Assembly (NCBI GenBank): GCA_034530615.2 | Contig: JAVRCV020000036.1 | Span: 1-64,000 of the forward strand | Direction of reading: 5' to 3' | DNA from: Aulosira sp. ZfuVER01 | GTDB lineage: Bacteria > Cyanobacteriota > Cyanobacteriia > Cyanobacteriales > Nostocaceae | DNA length: 64,000 nt | Shown: positions 41,609 to 51,389 of the stretch, in pieces | How positions within the stretch are numbered: the stretch's first letter is position 1 | Layout of the letters: each line of letters begins with the position of its first letter | Notes under the pieces: model-generated | What the model was told of the DNA's origin: nothing | Database searches by the model: none | The model's input: the letters and a program-made list of their open reading frames with translations, nothing else | Position numbers and translations under genes: made by a program

Positions 41609-42997
41609 TTACTGGCTCTTAGCCTGGGTTGTAACTGTCAATACTTGTGGTGGTGTAGCATCTGGTGGGTAAATCAAGTCTACTTCTACCAATCTGCGAT
41701 CGCCTGCTGGCATATTTAATAAAGTCAAGGGTTCTCCTGGTTGACCTCGCTTTTGTACCAGGTGAAAAAACTTGGTCTGCGCCTTACCTTGGTCATCGTT
41801 ATAACGAACTCGCACTGTACCCCGGAAGAAAACTTGATTAGCTGGTGTACTCAAAAAGCGTAACCCTGGTTTTACCAACCGATCTTCTTTGAGTGGCGTT
41901 TGGATGGCTACGCTCACAGTTTGCAGACTTTGAGTACTATTATATAGTGGTAATTTCAGACTATATTGAATGCCATAGTTGCCATGAGCTAAGTATGCGG
42001 TATCAGGATAGCGCGCCAGCATCTTCGCACTCTGAATTTGATTAGTTCCTAAGGTTCCACCATGCAAGGTACTCAGAGCGTAAGAGAAGGCTTGTCCTGG
42101 CTGGGGAATTGTCAGATATTTAGCTTTCGGATTATCAACTAAGAAAGCTCGCCACTGAGAACCACTAGCTACTCCGGCTACACGTCCATAAACGCGGGGT
42201 TTGCCACTATCTTCTAGGGGAGTGGGAGTTTTATCGCGCGGGCCAGCGACATCACTATTATTGAGTAAATTTTGCCACTCTTCTAAAGTCGGCGGACGGT
42301 CACTACCATCAGGATTTGTTTGTGCAAACATAGCGAGGCTAGCTGCATAGACTGTACCATTACTGCGTAGCCGCATCAACGTAGACCGACCATTTAAAGG
42401 TGGGGTAAGTCCCTGCACCGGAATCGGCAAATTGAGTAACATCTGGCTTTGTCCTGGTGGAATGATAATTTGGGCGGGGAAAATATCTTGTCGCTCTCCT
42501 CGAAGTACTTCGCTGGTGACGCGATCGCCTGGGCCAGAAAAAACTTTACCTAAGGTATTGTCAATAAAAGATGGTAACGGAATAAAGGGTGCATCTGGTT
42601 GACTCAAGTAACTTGCTGCTTGTAACACATTTACAGTTACTGGCGCTGAACCAGGATTATGCAAAATTATACCTAGATACAAAGACCGTAAATTCTCTGG
42701 TGGTTCAGCCCTTGCAACATGATGAGCAAAAATATCAAATCTACCCCGAAAGGGAAAATTCAAATGAGCAGTTGGGACTTTTTTGCCATCTGGGGGAAAA
42801 GTAGAGAGCAAAATCCCTTCTTTTAATACTAATTCTGGGCTATTGCTATTAAATACAGGTACTGTATCGAGCCGTCCTGGTAAAGGACGCACGATTTGTG
42901 GTTGCACTACTTCTTCAGGTGGTAGTGCAGGAATAGTTGATTGCGCAAGGGTCAAACTTAGTAACAATGGCAACATAGATTTAAATTTTTTCTTCAC
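41609..42997 (-). CDS. DUF3370-family exported protein
   Basis: VFNSNSPE..GILLSTFP, FAHH, AHGNYG and YPPDATPPQVL. Confidence 0.85.
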   Translation of the reverse strand: MKKKFKSMLPLLLSLTLAQSTIPALPPEEVVQPQIVRPLPGRLDTVPVFNSNSPELVLKEGILLSTFPPDGKKVPTAHLNFPFRGRFDIFAHHVARAEPPENLRSLYLGIILHNPGSAPVTVNVLQAASYLSQPDAPFIPLPSFIDNTLGKVFSGPGDRVTSEVLRGERQDIFPAQIIIPPGQSQMLLNLPIPVQGLTPPLNGRSTLMRLRSNGTVYAASLAMFAQTNPDGSDRPPTLEEWQNLLNNSDVAGPRDKTPTPLEDSGKPRVYGRVAGVASGSQWRAFLVDNPKAKYLTIPQPGQAFSYALSTLHGGTLGTNQIQSAKMLARYPDTAYLAHGNYGIQYSLKLPLYNSTQSLQTVSVAIQTPLKEDRLVKPGLRFLSTPANQVFFRGTVRVRYNDDQGKAQTKFFHLVQKRGQPGEPLTLLNMPAGDRRLVEVDLIYPPDATPPQVLTVTTQAKSQ

Positions 42998-43016
42998 CTT
43001 ACAGACGCCGACAAAT

Positions 43017-43529
43017 TTATGAAAGTGCCAGTTTGTTAATAATTAATACGAAATCTGCCACAATGCTGACAACATTTTCATGATTTAAAACTGGAACATG
43101 GACAAAGATGCAATGCGCTTTCTGGTGGTATTGACGCAGGTAATCCAATACTGAATAATAAAGACCCTCACAAACAAATTTACCGCAGTCGTGGCTAATC
43201 TCAATTGCCGTTGCTCCAAAAATCAATTGCTCTAAATTCACTCTTGTTTGCAAAACACTTTCTGCACAACTAGCACATACTTCCACGGTTAATTGCATCC
43301 GCTTGGCAGCCATGCCACAACAGATGATGCAATCAGGTTGGAGTTCGTGGATTTTTTTGATTACAGAATCACTGGCTAGCTGCACATCTACAGGTAACTG
43401 ACGCAAAAAAGTCAAATGATGAGGTAGCGTATCAAGTTTGGCTACTTCTAGTAATAGATCATCAGAAGAATTTGACTGTTGATCTTTGAGCCAAGTGTCA
43501 AAAGAAGTTAATAGAAACCTTTTCTTCAT
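43017..43529 (-). CDS. Pyroglutamyl-peptidase I (C15)-like protein
   Basis: LLTSF, N.S, CGKFVCE and FVHVP. Confidence 0.8.
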   Translation of the reverse strand: MKKRFLLTSFDTWLKDQQSNSSDDLLLEVAKLDTLPHHLTFLRQLPVDVQLASDSVIKKIHELQPDCIICCGMAAKRMQLTVEVCASCAESVLQTRVNLEQLIFGATAIEISHDCGKFVCEGLYYSVLDYLRQYHQKAHCIFVHVPVLNHENVVSIVADFVLIINKLALS

Positions 43530-43597
43530 AGGAAATATTATTTAAAATAGAAAAAAATAGAAAACTCCTCCATAATAAATTTACAAGGAGCAGGTCA

Positions 43598-44233
43598 ATG
43601 CCAGTTATTGCGGTCATAGACTACGATATGGGAAATTTGCATTCAGTTTGTAAAGGCTTGGAAAAAGCTGGAGCAATTCCTAAAATCACTCATTCTTTCA
43701 AGGAAATAGAAAAAGCAGATGCAGTAGTTTTGCCCGGAGTCGGAGCCTTTGATCCAGCTGTGCAACACCTGCGAGCGCGCGGTTTAGAGCAACCGATTAA
43801 AGACACGATCGCATCTGGTAAACCGTTCTTAGGTATCTGCTTGGGATTGCAAATTCTCTTTGAATCGAGTGCTGAAGGTACGCAACCAGGACTGGGAATT
43901 GTGAAGGGAAAAGTTAAACGGTTCATTCCCGAACCAGATATCACTATTCCGCACATGGGTTGGAATCAGCTGGAAATAACTCAGCCAAAAAGTATTATGT
44001 GGGAGCATTTACCATCCAACCCTTGGGTGTATTTTGTCCATTCCTATTATGTTGAACCAACCGACCCGCAAATTCGGGCTGCAACTGTTACCCACGGTAC
44101 TCAAACTGTCACAGCTGCGATCGCACTTGAAAACCTGATGGCGGTTCAATTTCACCCCGAAAAATCATCAAATATCGGATTGCAAATCTTGTCTAATTTT
44201 GTTGCGCAAGTACGGGAGAAAGTTGCGGCATAA
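43598..44233 (+). CDS. hisH: Imidazole glycerol phosphate synthase glutaminase subunit
   Basis: DYDMGNL, LPGVG, GICLG, PHMGWN and QFHPEKS. Confidence 0.97.
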   Translation: MPVIAVIDYDMGNLHSVCKGLEKAGAIPKITHSFKEIEKADAVVLPGVGAFDPAVQHLRARGLEQPIKDTIASGKPFLGICLGLQILFESSAEGTQPGLGIVKGKVKRFIPEPDITIPHMGWNQLEITQPKSIMWEHLPSNPWVYFVHSYYVEPTDPQIRAATVTHGTQTVTAAIALENLMAVQFHPEKSSNIGLQILSNFVAQVREKVAA

Positions 44234-44357
44234 TTAAATTTAAATTTCTTGATTTGTCATTTGTTCTTTGTCATTTGTCTTTTGTGATTTGTCATTTGCC
44301 CTAAACTAATGACTAAATAACAATGACCCTTGACCAATAACCAGTGGCTAATAACCA

Positions 44358-44903
44358 ATGAGTCTGAGAATTTACGGCAATCGCCAGTTAAAAACTATAC
44401 CTGGTAAAGACACCAGACCCACTAGTGCGCGCGTACGTGAGGCAGTCTTTAATATTTGGCAGGGAAAAATTCCAGGTTGTCGCTGGCTAGATTTGTGCGC
44501 TGGTACTGGTTCAATGGGAGCAGAGGCTTTGTGTAGAGGAGCCAGCTTTGTAGTAGGTATTGAACAATCGAGCCGCACCTGTAACATTATTCAAGAAAAT
44601 TGGCAGCGAGTAGCTCATGCTGACCAAGAATGGAAAATATTGCGGGGAGATGTACTCCAGCAGTTAAAAACCCTATCAGGCAAACAATTTGACAGAATTT
44701 ATCTCGATCCACCTTATGCTAGTGGATTGTATCAGCCAGTATTAGAAGCGATCGCTCGCTATCAGCTTTTAGATTCTGACGGTGAAATAGCAGCTGAACA
44801 CAGTTCCCAAGATTGGACACCCCCAGTAATTCCCAACTGGGAAATTTGTCGAGAGAAAGTTTACGGTAACACCTCTCTGACTTTCTACAGAAATGTTGAA
44901 TGA
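44358..44903 (+). CDS. rsmD: 16S rRNA m2G966 methyltransferase
   Basis: TRPT..RVREAVFN, DLCAGTG and DPPY. Confidence 0.93.
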   Translation: MSLRIYGNRQLKTIPGKDTRPTSARVREAVFNIWQGKIPGCRWLDLCAGTGSMGAEALCRGASFVVGIEQSSRTCNIIQENWQRVAHADQEWKILRGDVLQQLKTLSGKQFDRIYLDPPYASGLYQPVLEAIARYQLLDSDGEIAAEHSSQDWTPPVIPNWEICREKVYGNTSLTFYRNVE

Positions 44904-44983
44904 GGAACAGGGGGCAAGGGAGAGAGGGAGACAAGGGAGAATAATTGTTATGTTACTTTCTCATCTCCACTCTCTCAGGACTC

Positions 44984-45334
44984 CTACGGTGTACACACAA
45001 GTCTTTTGGAGTTGCTCCACAGGCTTTTTATCCCCCCAACCCCCCCTTCAAAAGCAGGGCCGTTTCATTCGTAATGGTATGTATTTTGTCAATACGATTG
45101 GCGATAAATATCAGGGCAAAAGTCATAAATCGATGACCATTTTGATGCCTAATATTGAATGCCAAGCTTATTTTTCATCTCCTGAACCCTTGCATTTTCA
45201 GGCCTTTTAGGGAATGAAACAGCCCTGCCCTTAAAAAGGGGGGCAAAAACCTCTTAAAGTCCCCCTTTTTAAGGGGGATTTAGGGGGATCTAAGCACATT
45301 TTGCATCTAGCACCGAGATCTGTGTACACCGTAG
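44984..45334. mobile_element. MITE with IS4/IS50-like ends
   Basis: Perfect 14-bp TIR CTACGGTGTACACA / TGTGTACACCGTAG and flanking direct repeat CTCAGGACTC (44974-44983, 45335-45344); no transposase. Confidence 0.85.
45055..45227. mobile_element. Inner MITE with CAGGG-type (ISAs1-like) TIRs
   Basis: TIR CAGGGCCGTTTCATTC / GAATGAAACAGCCCTG (15/16 match); flanks CCCTTCAAAAG / CCCTTAAAAAG. Confidence 0.8.
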
Positions 45335-45366
45335 CTCAGGACTCAGGACTCAGGACTCAGGACTCT

Positions 45367-45480
45367 TCAGCCTCCCAGCTGGTTGGGGCGCTTATATTGC
45401 TTATAGGCAGCGTAAAACAGGCCAGACAGAGTAACCACAATCAAACCAAGCACAATACCTGAGAGTAGGGGTTCAACCAC
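45367..45480 (-). CDS. petG: Cytochrome b6f subunit V
   Basis: Not in the ORF track. GTG start gives [37 protein letters not shown]. Confidence 0.96.
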   Translation of the reverse strand: MVEPLLSGIVLGLIVVTLSGLFYAAYKQYKRPNQLGG

Positions 45481-45688
45481 CGTAAATCTCCTCTTTGCAT
45501 TTATTAAAGATTCGTTTCCCGTTTTTGATTTTACCAAATTGCGGATGAATGCCGCTTCCTACACCGTTTTAGATAATGATTGCCGACAAGAAAATCATCT
45601 TTTGTGCTTGCAGACAGAATCAAGAACTTTTAAGCTATGTGTAGGAAATGAAAAACTTTTAGCACACTCGACTTTAACTACAAACCCT

Positions 45689-46063
45689 TTGGATAACCAG
45701 ATTACCAAACCTGAAACTATAATTCAGCGGATCGCTTTGCTGGCTCTGGCCACTCTGCTAGCAATCCCTTTGGGCATTTTTGGTGTTCAAATGGTTCGAG
45801 CATCCGATCCCTATGTCAAGAGTGTTCTCTCACTCACAGGCAATCCTATGCAAGGAAACGCTATCTTTCAAATTAATTGTGCTGGTTGTCATGGCTGGCA
45901 AGCAGATGGGCGAGTAGGCCCCAGTTTGCAAGGAGTTTCCAAACATAAATCCCGGTATGGGCTGATTCGCCAAGTGATTAGTGGAGAAACGCCTCCAATG
46001 CCCAAGTTCCAACCTAGCGCCCAAGAGATGGCCGATCTTTTGAGCTATTTAGAGTCTTTGTAG
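45689..46063 (+). CDS. cytM: Cytochrome cM
   Basis: TTG start (MDNQ..), TM helix, CAGCH, GPSL and TPPMP; divergent from petG. Confidence 0.88.
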   Translation: MDNQITKPETIIQRIALLALATLLAIPLGIFGVQMVRASDPYVKSVLSLTGNPMQGNAIFQINCAGCHGWQADGRVGPSLQGVSKHKSRYGLIRQVISGETPPMPKFQPSAQEMADLLSYLESL

Positions 46064-46071
46064 GGGAAACT

Positions 46072-46260
46072 TCACAAAACACAAGAGCGTTTGATCAGTT
46101 GAGCGATCGCTTCAACCAGCAAATCAAAATCAATTGGTTTAATAAAAAAAGCTTGAGCGTCTGCTTGCATTGCTTGTTGTCGTGTAGAGCTACGAGCATC
46201 AGCCGAACAAATAATCAGGGGTATTGACGGATCGGAGGCGTTAGATAGATATCTTGTAAA
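46072..46260 (-). pseudogene. C-terminal half of a receiver (CheY-like) domain
   Basis: IPLIICSADA...AQAFFIKPIDFDLLVEAI; an in-frame stop lies upstream and there is no start codon. Confidence 0.6.
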
Positions 46261-46627
46261 GAAGATGGAGATATAAGGTCATTGACATCTGCGTGTGAGT
46301 AGTTTATCTAAACGAGTATTGTGCCCATCTAATTACCTCAGTATTATCTTTGTGGAAACTTCATAATAAGCAGCATATTTTTGAAATTACAATTATCTTG
46401 GGTATACCAGAGGCAGCAACTGATACCAATTTTGGCTTTTAGATTAACAGTCTTTACCAAAGGTTGTTTCAAAACGCTAAAACAGTACTATCTAACCAAA
46501 GTTGTGATGAATACTCACCTCTGAGTTTGCTATGGCATATTTGCTGTGCAAGCTAGCTAATCAGCGTCAATAACAAATGAGTGTCAAATCCAACAGAGCA
46601 TATATATTTTTATATACTTAACAGCTA

Positions 46628-47365
46628 ATGACTGAAATGCTAAGAATTGGTAATCGTACAATCACGGCTGATGAATTGATTCCCTTGCTGGCAGGCTACC
46701 AAATGCTGCCACAGTTGCGACGAGAATTAATTATTGATGAAGCGATCGCATCCATAGACTGTACCCCAGAAGAAGTAACACAGGCTCAACAGCAATTTTT
46801 CGCTGAGAGACAGTTAGCATCAGAAGCTGATGTCAAAGCCTGGATGGAATTTCTCGGTCTCAGCGTCAATCAACTAGAAGCACTGACTGTGCGGAAGCTG
46901 AAAGTTGAAAAATTTAAGCAAGTCACTTGGGGTAAAAAACTCGAATCTTATTTTTTTCAGTCTAAAGCCAAACTGGACAAAGTAATTTATTCTCTGCTAC
47001 GCACCCAAGATATAGGAATAGCCCAAGAACTATACTTCCGCATTCAAGCCAAAGAACAGTCCTTTGCAGAAGTAGCGCGGGAATATTCAAAAGGCCCAGA
47101 AGCACAAACAGGGGGTTTAGTTGGCCCCATTGAACTCAACCAACTTCATCCAGCAATGGCGCAATTACTGGCTAATACTCAACCAGGTCAAGTTTTACCG
47201 CCGACTCGTATTGCTGAATGGTTTGTGATTGTGCAGTTAGAGAAATTTATCCCTGCACAACTAGATGAAGCCATGAAAGTGCGCCTTTTGAATGAATTGT
47301 TTGAAGGTTGGATACAAGAACAGCAAAGACAAATGATGACTCCGGCTGCTTCTGTCAGCAGTTAG
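46628..47365 (+). CDS. PpiC/parvulin-type peptidylprolyl isomerase
   Basis: AQELYFRI..SFAEVAREYSKGPEAQTGG. Confidence 0.88.
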   Translation: MTEMLRIGNRTITADELIPLLAGYQMLPQLRRELIIDEAIASIDCTPEEVTQAQQQFFAERQLASEADVKAWMEFLGLSVNQLEALTVRKLKVEKFKQVTWGKKLESYFFQSKAKLDKVIYSLLRTQDIGIAQELYFRIQAKEQSFAEVAREYSKGPEAQTGGLVGPIELNQLHPAMAQLLANTQPGQVLPPTRIAEWFVIVQLEKFIPAQLDEAMKVRLLNELFEGWIQEQQRQMMTPAASVSS

Positions 47366-47544
47366 TGTACCTGAAGAGACAAGGAGGAAAAATCAGGGGA
47401 ACAGGGGAACCAGCGCGGTCTTGGGGGCGAACCTTCACCTCCTGCCTCCTGTCCTCTGCCTTTCTTGGTCAACAAAAAAAATCCTCGACCTTTTCAAAAA
47501 ATCGAGGATGTAAATAACACAAGATTTCCTTTCTTAATTACGAA

Positions 47545-48855
47545 TTACCTAATCTCTTCCAAATCCACCCACTCATCATAAGAAGAGTCGTAATCTAGGT
47601 AATGCACATAGTATTGCTGACCTTGAATTTTCTCAATCTTTGCAGAATACCAATCTTCGTTATCTTCATCCCAAACTTTGATTTTTTGGCTAACTGCAAA
47701 TCCATTGCTATCAGATGCGCCATGTTCGCGAATCCGAATCTCATCTTCGCCTACCCATTCGTTGTAGGATGAACCGTAGCCCAGGTAATGCACAAAGAAT
47801 TGGTCATTTTCGACTTTCTCAATTGTGGCTTGATACCAATCTTCTTCGTCACCATCCCAGACTTCTACTGTTTTGCTGACTGCATACTGGCTGGTATCTG
47901 ATTTCGCCGCCGATGAGGTATCTTGGCGCGACTGTGGCGCATCTTGGGGAGTTTCGGCTTTAACTAAAGAATGCGATCGCAAAATCAAAGTACGAGCTAC
48001 GGTTTGAATTCCTGTATGTTCGTAGTAATTGGTAGTTTGATCCAAAAATGCAGCAACAAAATCTAAATTATCATCAGCAATCTGGATAAAATTACCTAAA
48101 TGGCTAGAAATAGATTGCGGTGTTAAACCTGTCTTGGCTACTAAGTTATTCATCCAGCCTTGCACGGAGTTAAAAGCTTGAGTAATAAAGCCAAATTTCT
48201 CACCAGGGTTATTACCTGGTAAAGAGTTGTTAACTGCTAAGAAAACAGGATTTTGCGCTACTACGCTGCTGGCATCTGCACCACTAATAATGCTATGAAT
48301 CTTGCTGAGGAAGTCGGGGCCTAAAGGTAGCATTCCATCTAGACAAACTAAAGCTACCATCCGCGTTAAGGATGCATCTTTATAGTTTTCTGCTAAAGAA
48401 GTAGCAAATGCTTGAGGATTTGGGCTAGGAATACCATTTAGTTTAGAAAAGGCGATAATTTCGACAGCAATTTTTAAGACTAAATCTATAGTTTGAGTTA
48501 CATCTGCTTTGGGAGTGATATTACTTAAAAAAGAGAGAAACCCGATTTTTTCACCTACTTTATTAGCTAAAGCTGCTGTAGCCATAGCCGTATCAGCTTT
48601 ATCGATAGTTTGATAAAGTTTGATTGCAGTTTGGTAGCCATTTTGCGGATCGTTATACAAAGAAACAGCGTGATCGCGAATTTTCTGAATTACATTGGCA
48701 TCAGTCTCACCAGTAATTGCACGGATACTATTGTCAAACCCCACCATGTTGTTCCACTCGCCTGGGGCAACGTAATCAAGAGCTTTTAAAACCTTGACAG
48801 TAATATTGTCATTTGGTAATTCGTCAACCAACTGAATAATTGACTTATCCATCAA
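47545..48855 (-). CDS. Hypothetical protein with two C-terminal Tudor-knot/Agenet-like repeats
   Basis: Two copies of V.VWD...DWY.A.IEK.....Y/F.VHY..Y.SSY.EWV...EIR. Confidence 0.8.
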   Translation of the reverse strand: MMDKSIIQLVDELPNDNITVKVLKALDYVAPGEWNNMVGFDNSIRAITGETDANVIQKIRDHAVSLYNDPQNGYQTAIKLYQTIDKADTAMATAALANKVGEKIGFLSFLSNITPKADVTQTIDLVLKIAVEIIAFSKLNGIPSPNPQAFATSLAENYKDASLTRMVALVCLDGMLPLGPDFLSKIHSIISGADASSVVAQNPVFLAVNNSLPGNNPGEKFGFITQAFNSVQGWMNNLVAKTGLTPQSISSHLGNFIQIADDNLDFVAAFLDQTTNYYEHTGIQTVARTLILRSHSLVKAETPQDAPQSRQDTSSAAKSDTSQYAVSKTVEVWDGDEEDWYQATIEKVENDQFFVHYLGYGSSYNEWVGEDEIRIREHGASDSNGFAVSQKIKVWDEDNEDWYSAKIEKIQGQQYYVHYLDYDSSYDEWVDLEEIR

Positions 48856-48950
48856 TCAATTCCTCGCAACTCAAAGGTATAGTATTAAATTATACTCAAT
48901 CATTTTGAGTTGTCGATTGCTTATTCAGAGCTAAAGTCCAGACAAGAGAA

Positions 48951-50462
48951 TCATCTCAATTTCTCTAACAAAGCTTCTGTTTGCTGCATCTTCACTAAAG
49001 TATTGGCACATAAAATACCAGATGCAGCTACCGCAGGTACACCAATTCCTGGCATGGTACTATCACCGACGCGATATAAACCTTGTATGGGTGTGTGTGT
49101 ACTGGGGAACATTCCCTTATCTGCGGCTATTGCTGGGCCATAGGTTCCTTGATACCTGCGCAGATAATGAGCATGAGTTAAGGGTGTACCAATTAGTTCC
49201 ACTACCACACGCTCGCGGATATCGGGGATAATCTTCTCTAAGGCGCGATATAAAGTTTGGGCTTTTTGCTGTTTCTTTTCTGCATACTCCTGATTTCTTT
49301 CCCATCCAATGTAAGGTTCGAGAGTGTAAGCATGAACTACATGATGTCCTTGGGGCGCAAGTGTTGCATCCCATACAGTGGGAATTGAAATCATACAGGT
49401 ATTTCCGGGTGTGGCGATATCTTGCTGCGAATCGTGGACTACTACATGATGTCCGGTTAAATTTTCCAACCCATCAGCGCGGATACCTAAATGTAAATGC
49501 ATGAAACTTGGAACGGCTGGAGTTTCTAAAACTGCTTGGCGGTAAGTGACAGGTAAATCTTTGGGACTTAACAAATGATTGTAGGTATCCCAGATACTCG
49601 CATTGGAAATGACAATCGGTGCGTGGAGAATTTCGCCGTTTTTTAGCTTTACACCCACGACTTTGCCAGATTCCACCAAGATTTGCTCAACGTGACATCC
49701 TAAACGCAACTTTCCACCCCAGCGTTCTAAACCCCTGACTAAAGCCTGAACAATTGCGCCACTCCCGCCTACAGGATACTCAACTCCAGCACGGGAACGT
49801 TCGCCCAACATAAAAGCGACTTCGGGTGCAATTGTCCCCTGTGCTTTTAAACCGGAGAGTAAGAAGCATTCTAAATCAATGAGTCGCCGCACCCAAGGAT
49901 CTTGTACTGTTGCATCCATCACATTACCAACTGAACTTTGCACCAGTGGCAAATAGGGCAACATTTTCACTAAAGAAGGGAGGTAACTTTTAAGTAATGT
50001 TAAAATTACCTGCCAATCTGCTCGCAACGCTAGGGTAGGAATATCCCGCATCGCTCCATACAACCCTAACAAGCGTTCTATAAAGCGTTGGAGTTCTTTT
50101 GCACCTTGCGGCGTAATTCTCTCTACCTCATGCCGATAACGCTCTGCATCCTTGTAGACTGCAATAGTGCCTTCAGGAAAATGGTAGTGTCCTAAAGGAT
50201 CATAAGGTATAACTTGAATGGATTCACCAAGCACATCCAAAACTTGTTTTACCGGATTCAAGCTTTGGGCATCAGTCAAACCACAGTAGAAAGAAGGGCC
50301 AGAATCAAATTCAAATCCTCGTCGTCTAAAACTATGAGCCGCACCCCCAGGAATTACATGACTTTCGCAGACGATCGCTCGCTTGCCATAATAAGCAAGT
50401 AATCCCGCAGCACACAACCCCCCGATACCGCTACCAATTACTATGACATCACTATCTTGCAT
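48951..50462 (-). CDS. CrtH/phytoene-desaturase-like FAD oxidoreductase
   Basis: From ATG 50462: VIGSGIGG, PGG.AHSF, FDSGPS, GTPLTH and GDSTMPGIGVP. Confidence 0.88.
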   Translation of the reverse strand: MQDSDVIVIGSGIGGLCAAGLLAYYGKRAIVCESHVIPGGAAHSFRRRGFEFDSGPSFYCGLTDAQSLNPVKQVLDVLGESIQVIPYDPLGHYHFPEGTIAVYKDAERYRHEVERITPQGAKELQRFIERLLGLYGAMRDIPTLALRADWQVILTLLKSYLPSLVKMLPYLPLVQSSVGNVMDATVQDPWVRRLIDLECFLLSGLKAQGTIAPEVAFMLGERSRAGVEYPVGGSGAIVQALVRGLERWGGKLRLGCHVEQILVESGKVVGVKLKNGEILHAPIVISNASIWDTYNHLLSPKDLPVTYRQAVLETPAVPSFMHLHLGIRADGLENLTGHHVVVHDSQQDIATPGNTCMISIPTVWDATLAPQGHHVVHAYTLEPYIGWERNQEYAEKKQQKAQTLYRALEKIIPDIRERVVVELIGTPLTHAHYLRRYQGTYGPAIAADKGMFPSTHTPIQGLYRVGDSTMPGIGVPAVAASGILCANTLVKMQQTEALLEKLR

Positions 50463-50587
50463 TTTTGCCCTTCGTCCTTTGTCAGTTGTCCTTTGTCTAA
50501 AACCCATGACCCTTCGGGTTCGCAGTTGCTCATGGGGGAAACCCCCAAGACCGCACTGACTCACCAATGACCAATGACTAATCACCC

Positions 50588-51373
50588 ATGACAAATGAAC
50601 CATTAATTGAATTAAAAGGCGTGTCTAAGTCCTTTGGTAGTAATAAGGTTTTAGATAATATAGATTTGACCATTTATCGGGGAGAAGCACTAGGAATTAT
50701 TGGGCCTTCTGGGACTGGTAAATCTACAATTCTACGAGTAGTTGCGGGATTGCTGCTTCCTGATGAAGGCGAAATTTATCTAGAAGGGGTGCGGCGCAAC
50801 GGTTTAATTGAAGATGCGGCTGATAATGTTGGAATTGGGATGGTGTTTCAGCAAGCGGCGTTATTTGATTCGTTAACAGTAGAAGAGAATGTAGGGTTTT
50901 TACTGTATCAAAATTCCAAAATACCGCGATCGCGCATTCGCGACATGGTTCATACCAAATTAGAGATGGTAGGTTTGCCTGGAATCGGAGATCTATACCC
51001 ATCTGAACTTTCTGGCGGTATGCGTAAACGAGTCAGTTTTGCTCGTGCGATTATGTCTAACCCCGAAAGCGACCATGAGGGGCCAGAACTTTTACTGTAC
51101 GATGAACCGACTGCCGGACTAGATCCGATTGCTTCCACAGTCATCGAAGATTTAATTCGCCATTTGCAACGGGCACAAGGAGTTTGTAGTACTTACGCCA
51201 TTGTGACTCATCAAGACAGTACCATTCGTCGTACTGCGGACAGAGTTATATTTCTGTACCAGGGTAGAGTACAGTGGCAGGGTACAGTGAGTGAAATAGA
51301 TAGCACAGACCATCCATTGATTAGACAATTCATGAGTGGCAGTGTGCAAGGGCCGATTCAGGTCGTTGGGTAA
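50588..51373 (+). CDS. mlaF: MlaF/TGD3-like ABC ATPase
   Basis: GPSGTGKST, LSGGMRKR and YDEPTAGLDP; adjacent to an MCE gene. Confidence 0.85.
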   Translation: MTNEPLIELKGVSKSFGSNKVLDNIDLTIYRGEALGIIGPSGTGKSTILRVVAGLLLPDEGEIYLEGVRRNGLIEDAADNVGIGMVFQQAALFDSLTVEENVGFLLYQNSKIPRSRIRDMVHTKLEMVGLPGIGDLYPSELSGGMRKRVSFARAIMSNPESDHEGPELLLYDEPTAGLDPIASTVIEDLIRHLQRAQGVCSTYAIVTHQDSTIRRTADRVIFLYQGRVQWQGTVSEIDSTDHPLIRQFMSGSVQGPIQVVG

Positions 51374-51389
51374 TGGATGGAGGAATAAT

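Noticed and set aside
44893..45210. 105-aa and 63-aa ORFs as a transposase
   Set aside because: They run across nested MITE and repeat sequence and have no DDE or HUH motifs.
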